From Malacoraja senta (lineage: Eukaryota), in contig CM075990.1 in the NCBI GenBank assembly GCA_038087875.1, positions 3,722,001 through 3,786,000 of the forward strand: a stretch of 64,000 nucleotides of DNA, read 5' to 3'. Made by a program: the position numbers and the translations under genes. The notes beneath the pieces are model-generated. The model was not told the origin of the DNA. It saw nothing but the letters and a program-made list of their open reading frames with translations, and made no database searches. Below are positions 13,002 to 23,556 of this stretch, in pieces. Positions within the stretch are counted from its first letter, which is position 1. Every line of letters begins with the position of its first letter.

Positions 13002-13777
13002 CACTCGAGCCAAGGAATAGATGAAATGTTATACTCTGAAATGTATGAATATATCTCGAATGAAGTTTTTTATTGTAGTAAGTTATTCCATTCTTCTTTA
13101 TTATCTCTTTCCTTTTTTTTTTTGCTTTTTGTTTCTTCTCTTTTCTCTCTTTCTTTCCTTATTTCATCTATCTTTTTAGTTCTAATTAGTTGGGTTTTTT
13201 TAATTTAAAAAAAAGTATTGGAGACAATGTAATAATATTTGACAATATTATTAATTTTAAAATGTAAGACTGGTATCGATTTTAATATGATATGTATTTA
13301 CCTCCAATAAAAAATAATTTCAAAAAAAAAAAAAAAAAAGTGGATAACCTCACATTTATCCACATTAAACTGCATCTGCCATGCATCTGCCCACTCCCCC
13401 AACCTGTCCAAGTCACCCTGCATTCTCATAGGACCCCCAGATCTCGTTGGACTTGGTGGGCAGTTTATGCACTGTATCTCTCAAGTCTAAAGTCTAAAAT
13501 GAAAACCAATAAACGAAAGTGTCGGGTTTTGAATTGATCGGTTTCCTGAAAAGAAAGGTTCTCTTGCTTTGTTATTTAGTCACATCGTGTACAAGCAGTG
13601 GTGATCACAACATCCCGTGTAATTGAAGGTAACACAATGTGTGCTGTAGCTACAAGTATCGTGAAGAAACTTAAGTCCTTTCTCTACGAGACTGTGCTAG
13701 TCTTGCACAGACGTGCCACATTGTGACCGGCTTACTACTCACAATACAAATGGTCACCTTGGACAATGAGAGGCTTA

Positions 13778-14197
13778 AGGGCCTGACCCACTTTCCCGAG
13801 TTATTCACGAATTCTCCCGAGTTTTCCCCTTGATTTAAACTTGCAGAATGTTCGTAACGAGTCCGTAGGAGGTCGTAGGAGTTCGTAGATATATCGTAGC
13901 GGCCCGTTATGCCGGCCGTAGGTACTCGTGGCATCAGGTAAGTCGGGACGTTTTTTCCAGCCCGATAAAAAATGTCCACGAGTAAAAAAATGTCCGGGAT
14001 GAAAGAAATTGCAACTTTTTACTCGTAAGGAGGGCATCGAAATAGTCATGGGAATACGTAGACATACTCGTAGGAGTTTGTGAACATAGTTGTGGAAGGT
14101 CGTAGGAGTTCATAGATTACCAAGATCTTGATTTTTTTTTAGGTCCTTTAAACTCGGCAGAGGTTTTGAATTAAGTCATGAAAGTGGGACAGGCTCT
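13778..14197. mobile_element. Harbinger-type MITE
   Basis: TIR AGGGCCTGACCCACTTTC / GAAAGTGGGACAGGCTCT, TTA TSD at 13775-13777 and 14198-14200. Confidence 0.85.
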
Positions 14198-14442
14198 TTA
14201 GCAAGTCAGAAGTGGCGTGGGTTACAAGGTGGTAAAGCAGCATCTGCAGTTCCCTGCATCAACAGTTGGGAGAGGTTCAGTGCGGCCGGTTGGATACTGG
14301 GATAGAAAATCCGGGGGAACTGTTGCAAAAATCTGGGAAAATCTGGGAAGAATGTTTGCAGCTCCTCACAACTGATCCCAAGTGCCAGCCTTTGAGGCAT
14401 ACATACTTGTGACACTTGTGCTTGCTAGGGTTAGGAGGAGTT

Positions 14443-14750
14443 TTGTTTAGTTTAGTTTAGAGCTATCGCGCAGAAACAGGCCCTTCGGCCCAACGAGTGC
14501 GCCGACCAACGATCCCCGCACACTAACACTACCCTACACACACTGAGGACAAATTTACATTTACACCAAGCCAATTAACCTACAAACCTGTGCATCTTTG
14601 GAGTGTGGGAGGAATCCGAAGATCTCGGAGAAAACCCACACAGGTCACAGGGAGAACGTACAAACTCTGTACAGACAGCACCCATAGTCAGGATCGAACC
14701 CGGATCTCTGGCGTTGAAAGGCAGTAGCTCTACTGCTGTGCCACCTTGCC
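14443..14750 (-). mobile_element. V-SINE (HE1-like), full length
   Basis: Reverse complement of tRNA head, V domain and (CTAAA)n tail. Confidence 0.9.
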
Positions 14751-15174
14751 GACCTAGATAGGTTGGAGAGAGGTGGGCCCTGAAACTGTGAGATGTCGAG
14801 ATAGCCCCAAACAGCTCGGCTGAAAGAATAAGGGGTGCATGTCCGCTGATGCTGGGTGACAAGGGGGCGCCACGTACTTTTAGTAAAGCTTGAAGCAATC
14901 GTTAGTAAATGCAGAGGGTGGTTGGATCCGTCATGGAGTCCAATGGCTTGGGATGCAGAGATGAGCACGGTGTGTGTTAATGGTTGGGGTCTGAAGAAGG
15001 GTCTCGAGCCAAAACGTCACCCATTCCTTCTCTCCAGAGATGCCGCCTGTCCCGTTGAGTTACTCCAGCATTTTGTGTCTGTCTTCGTCAATGTTAACAA
15101 CTCTGGTTTGCTGCAGATAACCTGCCCACTAACACTTGGACAGATGCCTGGATTCCAGATGTTACAATATTAAC

Positions 15175-15642
15175 AAATGCTGAGCGTTTGAAGGCACAGG
15201 GCCTGTGCTGGAGTTTAGAAGGATGAAGGGGTTCGTCATTGAAACTTACCGAATAGTGAAAGGCCTGGATGGAGTGGATGCGGAGAGGATGTTTCCATTA
15301 GTGGGAGAGTCTAGGACCAGAGGCCACAGAATAAATGGATGTACCGAAGAATTTCTTTAGTCAGCTGATGGTGAATCTGTGGAATTCATTGCCACAGACA
15401 GCTGTGGAGGCCAAGTCATTGGGTTTATTTCTAAGGCGGAGAGATTAGAATTTACAGAAGACAAGTAACCTACAAACCTGCAGGGCTTTGGAGTGTGGGA
15501 ACAAACCAGAGCACCCGGAGAAAACCCACGAGGTCACGGGGAGAACGTGCAATTTCCATAGAGACAGTACCCATGGTCAGGAACGAACCCGGGTCTCCGG
15601 CACTGTAAGGCAGCAACTCTACCGCTGCGCCACCGTGCCGCC
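15175..15642. mobile_element. Decayed CR1 3' fragment (+, ~15175-15445) followed by a V-SINE fragment (-, ~15468-15642)
   Basis: LEFRRM / GESRTRGH-type coding remnants; SINE head and V domain. Confidence 0.75.
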
Positions 15643-15879
15643 CAATTTGTTCATGCCATCCAAGATGTTTCTACTTAGGAATTGTCCGATTGATAAACAC
15701 CTTCTAGACCTCGACCAGGAGAATCTCGAGAAAGGACAAGGCAGGGAGCATCCACATTGCTTTCTCTAGCACTCTCTTCACTGATGTAGATGTTTCAGCC
15801 CATGCTTGCTATGTGCAGTGTAGCCTTGGAGAGTAGAAACTCATCCAACCTCAACCAGACTAGTTCAGCAATCTGTGAT

Positions 15880-16395
15880 AACAAGGAACTGCAGATGCTG
15901 GTTTAAACCAAAGATAGACACAAAGTGCTGGAGTAACTCAGTGAGACAGGCAGCATCTCTGGAGAGAAGGAATGGGTGACGTTTCTGGTTACCCAACCAG
16001 ATGCAACTAAATTTAAGGTAGCTCTTTCTTCCCAAAAACCCCTTCTGGCTTAAGTCCTCCCTCCACCACCTCCAGTTTAAATTCCAATTTGGAATATTTT
16101 GGAGGACCAAGAAACCAAGAAACCAAGAACCAAGGGTCGGAAGAAGGGCCTCGTCCCCGAAATATCACCCATTTCTTCTCCCCAGAGATGCTGCCCGACC
16201 CGCTGAGTTACTCCAGCATTTTGTGTCAATCTTCGGGTTAAACAGCATCTCTGGAGAAAATGGACAGGTGATATTTTGGGTCGGTTTCGGGTCGGAAAAA
16301 AGGGTCCCGACCCGAAACGTTACCTATCAATTCTCTCCAGAGATGCTGCCTGCCTGGCCCGCTGAGTTACTCCAGCATTTTGTGTCTATCTTTAG
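15880..16395. repeat. Cluster of Penelope terminal-repeat fragments in both orientations
   Basis: Repeated ctggagtaactcag...gcagcatctctggaga and cccgaaa motifs. Confidence 0.75.
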
Positions 16396-16522
16396 TTCAG
16401 CTATCTGTCAGCATCACTGCTTGACACGTCAAACACTGCAGAAGTTACTCCAGCTTTTAAATAAGGAGGTTATTTAGTTTTCCTGGTGCTCGCAATGAGG
16501 TACATTGATAAACAAACTGTAC

Positions 16523-17233
16523 TTGATTGATTGATTGATTTATTTATTTCTTGTCATTTGAACCTCAAAGAGGCTCAAACGAAACTCCGTTTCCACAGCC
16601 ATACAAACAAAACAATTCTTACACGACACACAAACAATTCAATTTACAGAAAAACATCCATCACAGTGAATCTCCTCCTCACTGTGATGGAAGGCAAAGT
16701 CATTTCTCTCCCCTGCACCATTTTTCTCCCGATGTTGAAGCCCCAGGCGGGCAATGTTAAGTCCCACGGCCGTTGAGGCTGCGCTGGGCGGTGTACGGCC
16801 TCGCTCCGGGCCCAAATGTCACCAAGTTGGAGCCCCCGGCGGGCGCTGGAATGTCCCGCCACCATTAAAGACGCGCCGGGCGATTTACGGCCCCGCTCCG
16901 GGTCGTTCCAACCCCGCGACACGGGCGGGAGAAGTTGCGTTGCGGGAGCTCCGGAAAGCGGTCTCTCACCCGGACCCGCGAGCTCCCGATGTCACAGTCC
17001 ACGGGTCTGCAGCTGCAGCTGGAGCTAGGCCCCAACGACAACGGAGACCCGACAGGGAAAAGGTCGGGTCTCCCGTACAGGGAAGAGATTTTTTTAAAGT
17101 TTCCCCCTCCCCCCACATATACACAATTAAAACAGTACCAAAAAAATACAAACAACTACATTTAACTAGACAAAAATAAAATAAAAAGACAGACGGGCTG
17201 TAGGGGCCGCTGCAGTAATCCGCGCCGCCGCAC
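16523..17233 (-). mobile_element. GC-rich non-autonomous retroposon 'X', copy 1, with an internal deletion
   Basis: (CAAT)n tail, 3' hairpin tttgagcctc-ttt-gaggttcaaa then tgacaag..aataaa; near-identical to 26427-27270 and 38685-39528. Confidence 0.75.
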
Positions 17234-18039
17234 AGTCAAGGGAAAGGGAAATGGGAGATATAGGCATATCTTCCATTCATTTGTCCTTAGTACTGTCTAT
17301 ATCTCTTGTTCCTCTTTCCCCTGACTCAGTCTGAAGAAGGGTCTCGACCCGAAATGTCACCTATTCCACTCTATGATCGTTGCTTTTGTCCGTCTGTCCG
17401 CTCGCCCTTGGATTAAGCAGCGCAGGATAAAGCTGCGAATTCACGCACAGGATGGAAACTGGAAACTGGAAAGTAGTGGAACACCGTCCCCCTGCGTACC
17501 CCCCCCCCCTCATTTCCGTCACTGATGTTGGCCATGGGCACCAGGGATGCCAGCTCTGGCTGGCTGTCAATATAGTGCCAGGGATGGTCTGAGTCAATCC
17601 CGGAGAGCGCTCGGAACCTGGATTAAACCAAAGACGAACACACAATGACGGAGTAACTCAGCGGGTCATAGAAATATAGAAACATAGAAAATAGATGCAG
17701 GAGGACGTTTCGGGTCGAGACCCTTCTTCAGACTCTAAAGTCTGGCTCTAAAGTCTACTTCTGTACTAAACATAGTACTCTGTAAGCACCATAGAAAAAA
17801 TAATCAAAACAAATAATAATAGTACTAAAAGACAAAAATAATGCCCCCAGGTCTATGTAGTTCAGAGCTTACTTGGAGGTTGTCCTGTTCAATAGCTTGA
17901 TTGATTGATTGATCGATCGATTGATTAATTAATTGATACTTTATTATCACATGTGACATGTCACAGTGAAATTCGTTGTAGTTCATACCATACACAAGGA
18001 ATGCAAACAGTCACCACCTCAAGGGCGCCGACACCATAA

Positions 18040-18356
18040 TGGGGCTGTCCCACTGTACGAGCTAATTCAAGAGTTCTCCCGAGTTTCCCCTGATTCGAAC
18101 TCGGAGAATTATGGTAATAGCCACTCGTAGATACTTGAGGCTCTCGTGGACATATTTTCAACATGTTGAAAAATCTTCACGAGTCTTCACGAGCTTACCG
18201 CGTTTCCCGAGTACCTGCCATTTGCGTTACGAGCTGCTAAGAGACGTCCCGAGCTCCGACGTACCCGCTACACACATTCTACGTGCTTACCACGAGTTTG
18301 ATTTTTTTAAAACTCGGGAGAGCTCTTGAATTAGCTCGTACAGTGGGACAGCCCCT
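18040..18356. mobile_element. Harbinger-type MITE (duplicated at ~30296-30613 and ~42574-42890)
   Basis: Long TIR GGGGCTGTCCCACTGTACGAGCTAATTCAAGAG, flanked by TAA and TTA. Confidence 0.85.
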
Positions 18357-18439
18357 TTACAAAGAAGTCCCCAATTGTCCCTCTTTGCTCTCGGCAGACC
18401 CCCACGCCTGGTCCGTTCATTTTCTCGGCGGCCTCTTTG

Positions 18440-18640
18440 TTCCTGATGGCTGGAGGGAAGAAGCTGCTGCTGAACTTGGACGTTAAAGTTTTCAGGCTCC
18501 TGTACCTTCTTCCCGATGGCAGGGGGTGAAATGAGAGCGTGGCCAGGCTGGTGTGGGTCTCTGATGATGCTGGCTGCCTTTTTGATGCAGCGACTCCTGT
18601 AGATCCCTTCGACGGTGGGGAGTTCAGTACCCGTGATGGA
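18440..18640 (-). mobile_element. Rex1/Babar LINE C-terminal fragment (also in the other two units)
   Basis: LPSGRRYRSLKTLTSKFSSSFFPPAIR is the typical Rex1 ORF end. Confidence 0.75.
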
Positions 18641-18736
18641 CCTAACACTTCAGGTACGTTTCGCCAATGCAGATGCACAAAGGTCGTGTTCAGTTGTTGA
18701 CAGTTCTATCAGCTCTCCATTCTAGAAGCTTCTCAT

Positions 18737-19063
18737 GGGCGGCATGTTGGCGCAAGGGTAGAGTTGCTGCCTTACAGCGCTTGCAGCATCGGAGACCCGG
18801 GTTCGATCCCGACTATGGGTGCATCCAGTCTGTACGGAGTTTGTACGTTCTCCCCTTAATCTGCGTGGGTTTTCTCCGAGATTTTCGGTTTCCTCCCACA
18901 CTCCAAAGACGTACAGGTATATCGGTAAATTGGTTTGGTATAAGTGTAAATTACCCCTAGTGTGTGTAGGATAGTGTTAACGTGCGGGGATCGCTGGTCA
19001 GTGCAGACTCGGTGGGCCGAAGGGCCTGTTTCCGCGCTGCATTTCTAAACTAAACTAAACTAA
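18737..19063 (+). mobile_element. V-SINE, full length (copies at ~30994-31320 and ~43271-43597)
   Basis: tggcgcaagggtagag A-box, ggttcgatcc B-box, V domain, (CTAAA)n tail. Confidence 0.9.
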
Positions 19064-19228
19064 TACTGTTAATTGTATTTCCCGACAAGCATTCATGCCT
19101 ATGATTGTGATTATGTCTCAAAAAATTATTTTAAAAGTTCTTAATTAACTCAGTACAGACAGCACCCGAGGTCAGGATCGAACCCGGGTCTCTGGCACTG
19201 TGAGGCAGTAACTCTACCGCTGCGCCAC

Positions 19229-19692
19229 ATCTAACTCCCTCTTAAATATAGCCAATGAACTGGCCTCAACTACCTTCTGTGGCAGAGAATTCTACAGATT
19301 CACCACTCTCTGTGTGAAAAATGATTTTCTCATCTCGGTCCTAAAAGACTTCCCCGTTACCCTTAAACTGTGACACCTTGTTCTGGACTTCCCCAACATC
19401 GGGAATAATCTTCCTGCATCTAGCCTGTCCAACCCCTTAAGAATTTTGTAAGTTTCTATAAGATCCCCCCTCAATCTTCTAAATTCTAGCGAGTACAAAC
19501 CGAGTCTATCCAGTCTTTCTTCATATGAAAGTCCTGCCATCCCAGGAATCAGTCTGGTGAACCTTCTCTGTACTCCCTCCATGGCAAGAATGTCTTTCCT
19601 CAGATTAGGAGACCAAAACTGTACGCAATACTCCAGGTGTGGTCTCACCAAGACCCTGTACAACTGCACTAGAACCTCCCTGCTCTTATACT
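19229..19692 (-). mobile_element. CR1 fragment (copies at ~31486-31949 and ~43763-44228)
   Basis: ORF 19292-19669: RPHLEYCVQFWSP...FFTQRVVNL. Confidence 0.9.
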
Positions 19693-19833
19693 CTTATGTC
19701 ATAGCTGATTTCTTGCATCTCTCTCTCTTTTTTTTATTTTATTTTTTTTTACTTTTCAAAAACTTTATTCAACACACTCAATGATACATCACATCAATAC
19801 ATAATCAAAGATACATTATATCAAACCACATCA

Positions 19834-22800
19834 TTATAGTACAACATTACATTCATGATTTATTATACTCTCCACCCCACGTGGTGACCATCGCCCACGG
19901 AAGGCCTCCAGAGTCCCCGTGGACACCGCATATTCCCGCTCCAGGGACACCCGTGCACGGACGTACGCCCGGAAGAGGGGCAGGCAGCCAACTCTCGCCT
20001 CACCATCGACCACCCGCTGCCTGGACCCACGAATGGCCATCTTAACCAGGCCCAGGAGCAAACCGACAGGGAGGTCCCAACCCCCCACTTGGCTCTCCCC
20101 ACACCCTACCTTATGCCCACACACTAGAATCGTGGGACTAAAATGCAACCAGAACTTAAGGAACAACCCCTTCAGATATTGATACAGGGGCAGTAACCTC
20201 TCACACTCCATGTATACGTGGAACACGGTTTCTTCCTTGCCACAGAAAATACACGCGGCAGACGAACCCGTGAACCGACTCAAAAGTTTATTGCAAACCA
20301 CCGCTCCGTGCAACAGTCTCCACCCCAGGTCCCCAATGTAAAGGGGAACAACTCCCTTATAGAAGGACCCCCACCAGGGACCCCCCCCACCATCAGGTGG
20401 TAACACCGTCCGCCAAGGTGTGTCAGGACGGGAAACAAAGACAAGGAGGTGCAGAATGTGCAGGAACATCCTATACAATGTGCGTCTCTTCGCATCACGA
20501 AACGGTATGCTGATCATCTCAGAAAGGCGGCTCAGGTTGTGTGGAGCCGGTTCCCGAGAAATATCCCGGAGCCTTGGCCCGATGAGCAGATCTGACGGAG
20601 CAATTGAAAGCTCAGCCAGAACCACTCTAGGCGCTCGCCTCTCCTCGACACCCGCCATGACTGGGCGAGGACCGGCCACTCCCGCATCCGCACCATCCCC
20701 CTCCCCTCGTGGAACAACACGCTGGCTGAAAACAACCAAATTCCTCACTCTGATCACATCCCGATAGAAAACAGGCAAACCCCTTAGGGCGGGTCTACTG
20801 ATGCCCGCCACCGGGAGCCGCGAGACCCCCCCTAGGCAACGACCACGACGAAAAAAATACGTGGCCAGAGCGTGCCATCTGGGGGGATTCTCTTCATACA
20901 TATACCTCCGCAGAGTCCTGAGACGGAGAGCCGCCACCTGGGTACGCACGCATACCAAGGACTGACCGCCCTCCTCTAACGGGAGACTCAGGACCGCTGC
21001 AGAGACCCAGTGCTTCCTATTTCCCCAGAAGAAATCTACCAGCTTCTTCTGAAGAGCATTTACAAATATGGAAGGTGGTACAAGAGTAGCCAGCCGGTAC
21101 CATAACATGGAGGCCACCAGCTGATTTATGACCATCACCCTCCCCCGGAAAGAAAGAACTCCAAGCAAGCCCGACCAGCGACCCAGCCGGGCAACCACCT
21201 TCGTCTCCAACTCCAGCCAATTCGCCGGCCAAGCATCCTCAGTGGGACTCAGGTAAACCCCCAGATAGAGGAGATGGGTTGTGCTCCACACATACCTTTC
21301 CATCTCCTCCGGCAGGGAATCCACCTGCCACTGACCCACTAAAAGACCAGAACACTTACTCCAGTTAATCCTGGCAGAAGATGCAGCTGAGAAAATCTCC
21401 TGGCAGTCACGCATCCTCCGCAGGTCTCCAGGATCAGTGAACATAAGGAGGACATCATCTGCATACGCTGAAAGAACCACCTCCAACCCAGGCCCAGGTA
21501 GGGCCAGGCCTGTCAACCTCCTCCGAAGAAGACACAGGAACGGCTCCACACAGACCGAGTACAACTGACCCGACATGGGGCACCCCTGACGGACCCCCCT
21601 CCCAAACTGAAAGGGAGCCAACAACGCACCATTAACCTTCACCAGGCACTCCGCTGCAGCGTACAGAAGCCGGACCCGGGCCACAAAATGCGGTCCAAAT
21701 CCAAACGCTTGCAACGTCCCGAATAGGTAATCATGCTCTACCCTATCAAAAGCCTTCTCTTGATCAAGAGACAGAAAAGCAGCTGACTGACCAGTACCCT
21801 GAACTATATGAATCAGGTCCCTAACCAGGTGGATGTTATCCTGAATGGACCTGCCAGGGACTGTATAGGACTGGTCAGGATGAATCATTTGAGACAGCAC
21901 AGGGCCCATGCGATTTGCCATTGCCCGTGCAAATACTTTATATTCTGTACATAGGAGAGATACCGGCCTCCAGTTCTTCAACAAGCGGAGTTCACCCTTC
22001 TTAGGCAGCAAGACAACAACTGCCCTACGCCACGAGAGGGGCATCTCCCCGGCCGCCAGACTCTCCCCCAGCACCAACATGTAATCACCCCCCAGGATCT
22101 CCCAGAAAGCTCTGACAAACTCCACCGTCAACCCATCCATCCCGGGTGACTTACCCTTCCTGAGCTGAAACAATGCACAAGTCAACTCCTCCAAAGATAA
22201 GGGGCCATCAAGAAGATCGGCCACCTCCCTATCAACTGTCGGTAGACCCTCCCACAAGTCCTGCTGAGCCTCCCCGTTATATCCCCCTGCGGAGAACAGG
22301 GACCCATAAAAGGACCTGACCTCCTCACTGATCCTCTCCGGATCAGTGACTGAGGATCCATCATCTGCGAGCAGCTCTACGAGCTGTTTGCAGGCTCCCC
22401 TCCCTTTCTCCAAAGAGAAAAAGAAAGGCGACGCTCGGTCCAGATCTTGCATCATCTGTACCCGCGCCCTCACGAAAGCACCTCGGGACCGCTCAAGCAG
22501 CAGATTCCTCAAGGCTTCCTTCTTCTCCTGAAACTCTCCCCATCCACAGGAGTCTTCACCATCCCGACCCAGGCGAGACTCTGCACCCCGTAGCTCCCTC
22601 TCAAGCCTCGCGACCGCTGAGTCCCTCCGTCCGGTCGACCCCCACGTATACTCCTTACAAAATAGACAAATGTGAGCCTTCCCTACATCCCACCACTGCC
22701 TAAGGGAAGAGAAGCCCCTCCGCCCCTCTCTCCACTTCCCCCAGAACCTACTGAATGACTCCCGGAAACACCGATCCTCCAGCAACCGGTTATTAAAGTG

Positions 22801-23556
22801 CCAGTACGCGGACCCAGCCCTAGCGCGCGCCGGATTGAATTCCACACGCACCAAACAGTGATCCGAACATGGCACCACCCGCATTGAAGCCTCTGAGACA
22901 CGGGCAACACACGCTCGGGAAATATATATTCTGTCAATACGGGAACCACCACCCTCATACCTCCGCGAAAAAGCATTGGAATCCGGGTGGAGGTTCCTCC
23001 ATGCATCAACCAACTCAAAGGATTCAATCATCCCTCTCAACTTCTTCGCTACAGCAGGGGCACACTGAGTACCAGAACGATCTCGCGCCTCAAGTGTGCA
23101 ATTAAAGTCCCCACCAAGGAAAACACACTCTCCCCTATCAATAGTGCTCAACAGAGCAGTCACCTCCTGAATTAGGCCGGCCTGCATCGTGCCGGAGCTA
23201 GGGGCATACACGTTAATAAAATGCAACGGCATGCCATCCAGGCTCACGGCCAGATGGAGCAAACGTCCTGGCACAACTTCATTCACTTTTAAAATCGTTG
23301 GCAGGAAATTCTGGGCCAACAAAAAGGCCACCCCACTCGAATTCGAGCTGAGATGGCTCATGTAAACCCCCCCTTCCCACTCCAGTCTCCAGGTAGGTTC
23401 ATCACTAACAACTGTGTGCGTCTCCTGCAGAAAACACACTGCAAATCTCCCCTCTTTAAGGACTGATAAAAGCTGAAATCTACGAAAACTCGCTCTACTC
23501 CCGTTTAAGTTTAATGTTACAACGGTGAATGTAAAGGCCCACGATATTAAACCCCT
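19834..23556 (-). CDS. Tx1 ORF2 (APE endonuclease, RT, CCHC); frame open for 1240 codons with no initiating ATG
   Basis: TLNLNG lies upstream of the track's GTG start; FLQETH, GGDFN, SRIDR, SDH, LDQEKAFDRV, RQGCPMSG, YADD, CIFC...H....C. Confidence 0.93.
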   Translation of the reverse strand, partial: RGLISWAFTFTVVTLNLNGSRASFRRFQLLSVLKEGRFAVCFLQETHTVVSDEPTWRLEWEGGVYMSHLSSNSSGVAFLLAQNFLPTILKVNEVVPGRLLHLAVSLDGMPLHFINVYAPSSGTMQAGLIQEVTALLSTIDRGECVFLGGDFNCTLEARDRSGTQCAPAVAKKLRGMIESFELVDAWRNLHPDSNAFSRRYEGGGSRIDRIYISRACVARVSEASMRVVPCSDHCLVRVEFNPARARAGSAYWHFNNRLLEDRCFRESFSRFWGKWREGRRGFSSLRQWWDVGKAHICLFCKEYTWGSTGRRDSAVARLERELRGAESRLGRDGEDSCGWGEFQEKKEALRNLLLERSRGAFVRARVQMMQDLDRASPFFFSLEKGRGACKQLVELLADDGSSVTDPERISEEVRSFYGSLFSAGGYNGEAQQDLWEGLPTVDREVADLLDGPLSLEELTCALFQLRKGKSPGMDGLTVEFVRAFWEILGGDYMLVLGESLAAGEMPLSWRRAVVVLLPKKGELRLLKNWRPVSLLCTEYKVFARAMANRMGPVLSQMIHPDQSYTVPGRSIQDNIHLVRDLIHIVQGTGQSAAFLSLDQEKAFDRVEHDYLFGTLQAFGFGPHFVARVRLLYAAAECLVKVNGALLAPFQFGRGVRQGCPMSGQLYSVCVEPFLCLLRRRLTGLALPGPGLEVVLSAYADDVLLMFTDPGDLRRMRDCQEIFSAASSARINWSKCSGLLVGQWQVDSLPEEMERYVWSTTHLLYLGVYLSPTEDAWPANWLELETKVVARLGRWSGLLGVLSFRGRVMVINQLVASMLWYRLATLVPPSIFVNALQKKLVDFFWGNRKHWVSAAVLSLPLEEGGQSLVCVRTQVAALRLRTLRRYMYEENPPRWHALATYFFRRGRCLGGVSRLPVAGISRPALRGLPVFYRDVIRVRNLVVFSQRVVPRGEGDGADAGVAGPRPVMAGVEERRAPRVVLAELSIAPSDLLIGPRLRDISREPAPHNLSRLSEMISIPFRDAKRRTLYRMFLHILHLLVFVSRPDTPWRTVLPPDGGGGPWWGSFYKGVVPLYIGDLGWRLLHGAVVCNKLLSRFTGSSAACIFCGKEETVFHVYMECERLLPLYQYLKGLFLKFWLHFSPTILVCGHKVGCGESQVGGWDLPVGLLLGLVKMAIRGSRQRVVDGEARVGCLPLFRAYVRARVSLEREYAVSTGTLEAFRGRWSPRGVESIINHECNVVL

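Larger units (their letters stand above)
7223..13336 (+). mobile_element. L1-clade LINE, near full length, inactive
   Basis: ORF1, ~1-kb AT-rich spacer, ORF2, AATAAA at 13306, poly(A); 14-bp TSD aaagtg(c/g)ataacct at 7209-7222 and 13337-13350. Confidence 0.95.
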
